A stretch of DNA of 64,000 bases, taken from Bugula neritina (Eukaryota; Animalia; Bryozoa). Below, piece by piece: positions 61,646-64,000 of the stretch. Made by a program: the position numbers and the translations under genes. The DNA lies in the NCBI GenBank assembly GCA_964035545.1, contig OZ037772.1:11778818-11842817 (forward strand), read 5' to 3'. Positions within the stretch are counted from its first letter, which is position 1, and every line of letters begins with the position of its first letter. The notes under the pieces are model-generated. The model was not told where the DNA came from. It searched no databases and worked only from the letters and a program-made list of their open reading frames with translations.

Positions 61646-62929
61646 ATGTGTGCAAACTGTCTCATAGCAAACCTCCAAAATGTTGCATCACAAGTCAAAG
61701 CTAAACCTCATCATAATTTAAAATTTTGCATGATGTACATTTGTTCTTTTGCTTTTATTTGTTAGAAACACAATAAATAATTATTTGCCATTTTTATGTT
61801 ATATATGCTTTCATTCATCTATTTGTATTAAAAGGGAAATATTTAAAATTAAAGACACGGTTCAGGGAAAAAGACATATTAAGCAGATTGCCCTATTTTT
61901 TGCTAGTTGTAAAGTTGTTTAAGGCTATGGCTAACATGTTATTTTAAAAAACTGCAATTGGGTTCACGCATGCAGCTAAAAATTTTAAGGATTTGTTCAG
62001 TATTTGCAAACAATTTTAGATCACAGTTAGTTTAAGGTCATTACTTTCCAGATTCACGCACTGCTTTATGTTATATATAAACGGTTTCCAGGGGATAGCT
62101 CGAACAGTTTTTGTCTCACATTAACAAATTTAACATGAAAAGATAGCTCTTGCATTCCTCTTTCATATACTTTTTTAATTTTTTAATAAAAAATTTTCTG
62201 AGAAAGTTGTTGCATAATAAGTAAAATATTACACCCTCCATGTTCCACTGCTGTAGCACAGGGGATTCATTTTATAAAGTCTAAAAGTTAAACTTGACAT
62301 TCCTTGATATGTTTTCTCTAATATACTTTCTTTGTTTTTTGAAATTCTGTTTATGCTCTTCACAATTTGGTAAAAACATACACCATTTTGCAAGTTTCAC
62401 TGCAATTTTCTAAATTCTTCATATGGTGGTTCTAGCTACGCTCCTGTGACTAATTATAACATTCCTAGTACGTTTGCCGCTCTGCGCTATCACAATAACA
62501 TATAGTACCCTCTCGCACAAATTGGCAATCTATTGGATTTCTGCCAATATAATGTTCCCTGTTTTACATTAGCACTTAGCTGAATCATCTCACTATGTTA
62601 CAATAATATATTGAAAATGCCTCAGCACAACATAATTCTTTGTTTGTTTGGCAGAGTTAATTTCAGCTAAATCACTTCACGTTGCAGTCTTGTCAGTAAA
62701 GGTCTGTCTAAAGGGCAGCAGGTGTACTTTCAGTTTCTCTAATTCACATATGATTATTTTAAGTACATTCTATAACATCAATTTAAGGTTTAGTCCAGTG
62801 TTCAGTATCTAATTATTATGCATGTATGTTGTCTTACTGTTGAACAAAAGTTAAAAAAAAACTTTACAATTATAGCCATATTTATTATACATGCGTAGGA
62901 TTTGCATAAGTTGACAAAAAAAATTGCAA

Positions 62930-62995
62930 CAAGACAGGGTTGAACCATGACCAACCAACTCCTCGCTGACGCCTCTAACCTCTGGACCACGCAAT
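62930..62995 (-). mobile_element. tRNA-derived SINE head (different body from the main family)
   Basis: Minus strand GCGTGGTCCAGAGGTTAGAGGCG...CATGGTTCAACCCTG with A/B-box-like motifs; no convincing cloverleaf. Confidence 0.45.
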
Positions 62996-64000
62996 CATCG
63001 TTCGTAAGAAGCGCACTATATTACTAACTATGATTACATAAATATTTCGCGCGCAAATGGGTTATAATTATTAGGCTGTCAATTCATGTTGATAGCAGTC
63101 AACTGTTGCAATAGTCTCGGGTTACTAGCAAAGCTAATGGTTTTGAACAAATAACCCAAAAGTTTAAAAATAAGTAGCTTGCGTATTACTAGCTACAAAA
63201 ACAGGTCTGAAATAGACTGATAAAGCAAGCTCTTATTGTAGAGTTTGCAGATGTGCTCTAAAATAAAACTTAAACTGTATGCTATTACATAAGTATTTGT
63301 ATGCGAGAGATAAGTGGACATTACTGAGTTTCTGGAAAACAACATACTTGAAGTTAACTTTGACAATGGTGTGTTATTTTCATCATAGCTAGCCTATAGC
63401 ATAAATCTCTAATCATATGAATCTTTATGAAGCCCACAGCTCATGTAAGGGTGGCAAATGTAATTTGAAACGAACAATTATGTTGCTGCATTGTGTCTAA
63501 GGTATATTAGAGAGCAGAATTTGGTTTTACTAGCCTACCCCAACGGCATCTACAATGCAGCTTATATGCTGGCAGTTGTAATAAGTACTGCCAATAGCAA
63601 GGTTACTATCACTGCTAGCTCTGTGCAGTATGTAACCTCTTGAATAATTGCGCCAATTTTAAACTCTTGGAAGTTGGCCAAGTTATCATATCGCAGCCAG
63701 CCACCGGAGACAAAGCATCAGAGCTATTCATATAATATTATACTGATGCACTCGGTAGCAGAGTGGCTAATCTAACATAGTTCATAGTTCAACACCCTTT
63801 ACTTTGGGAATACAGCCTCTTTTTTTAGGTTTACCTTACAAAGCATGAAAATATCTAAACTGATATTCTGACAATTTAGAGGTACATTTTGAAAACTAGG
63901 TTAATTGCACTTGTTTGCACAACAACAATAATAAAAAAGATATTATGCAGTATAATAAAAACACACATAATACTATATAATATATTATAATGATAATAAT

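Noticed and set aside
61849-62350. Second TTAA-type MITE
   Set aside because: TTAAAG/TTAAGG starts and MITE-like internal sequence, but no matching inverted terminus found.

Overview
AT-rich, intron-containing animal (invertebrate) genomic DNA; no prokaryotic features, rRNA or CRISPR. Left to right: (1) 1-1804, probable right end of a Polinton/Maverick-like element (…ATACTACT terminus, compact TATA-preceded intronless ORFs), apparently inside the last intron of a + strand gene; (2) a minus-strand GBP/atlastin-family (GB1/RHD3) GTPase-like gene with at least 9 exons (12151->2635), degenerate G-motifs and a coiled-coil tail, whose intron holds (3) an intact, very young Ty3/Gypsy LTR retrotransposon (3831-8645; identical 195-bp LTRs, GATGC TSD, tRNA-Ser PBS); (4) a cluster of six zinc-finger loci (14-27 kb, plus one at 46-50 kb) built from two modules I cannot assign to a known family: a four-exon ~165-aa N-terminal domain and a single-exon Cys/His-rich ribbon+C2H2 domain, combined in different ways; (5) a tandem pair of 11-exon SLC18B1-like MFS transporters with exon-by-exon mosaic similarity; (6) a secreted PAN-PAN-F-type lectin gene; (7) an ankyrin-repeat gene. 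Also present: a Kolobok-type MITE, a tRNA-derived SINE family (one inverted pair), and several minisatellites starting at splice donors, including a ~24-copy array of a complete 5' splice site. All gene models were built by hand from GT-AG sites and reading-frame continuity; no database searches were run.
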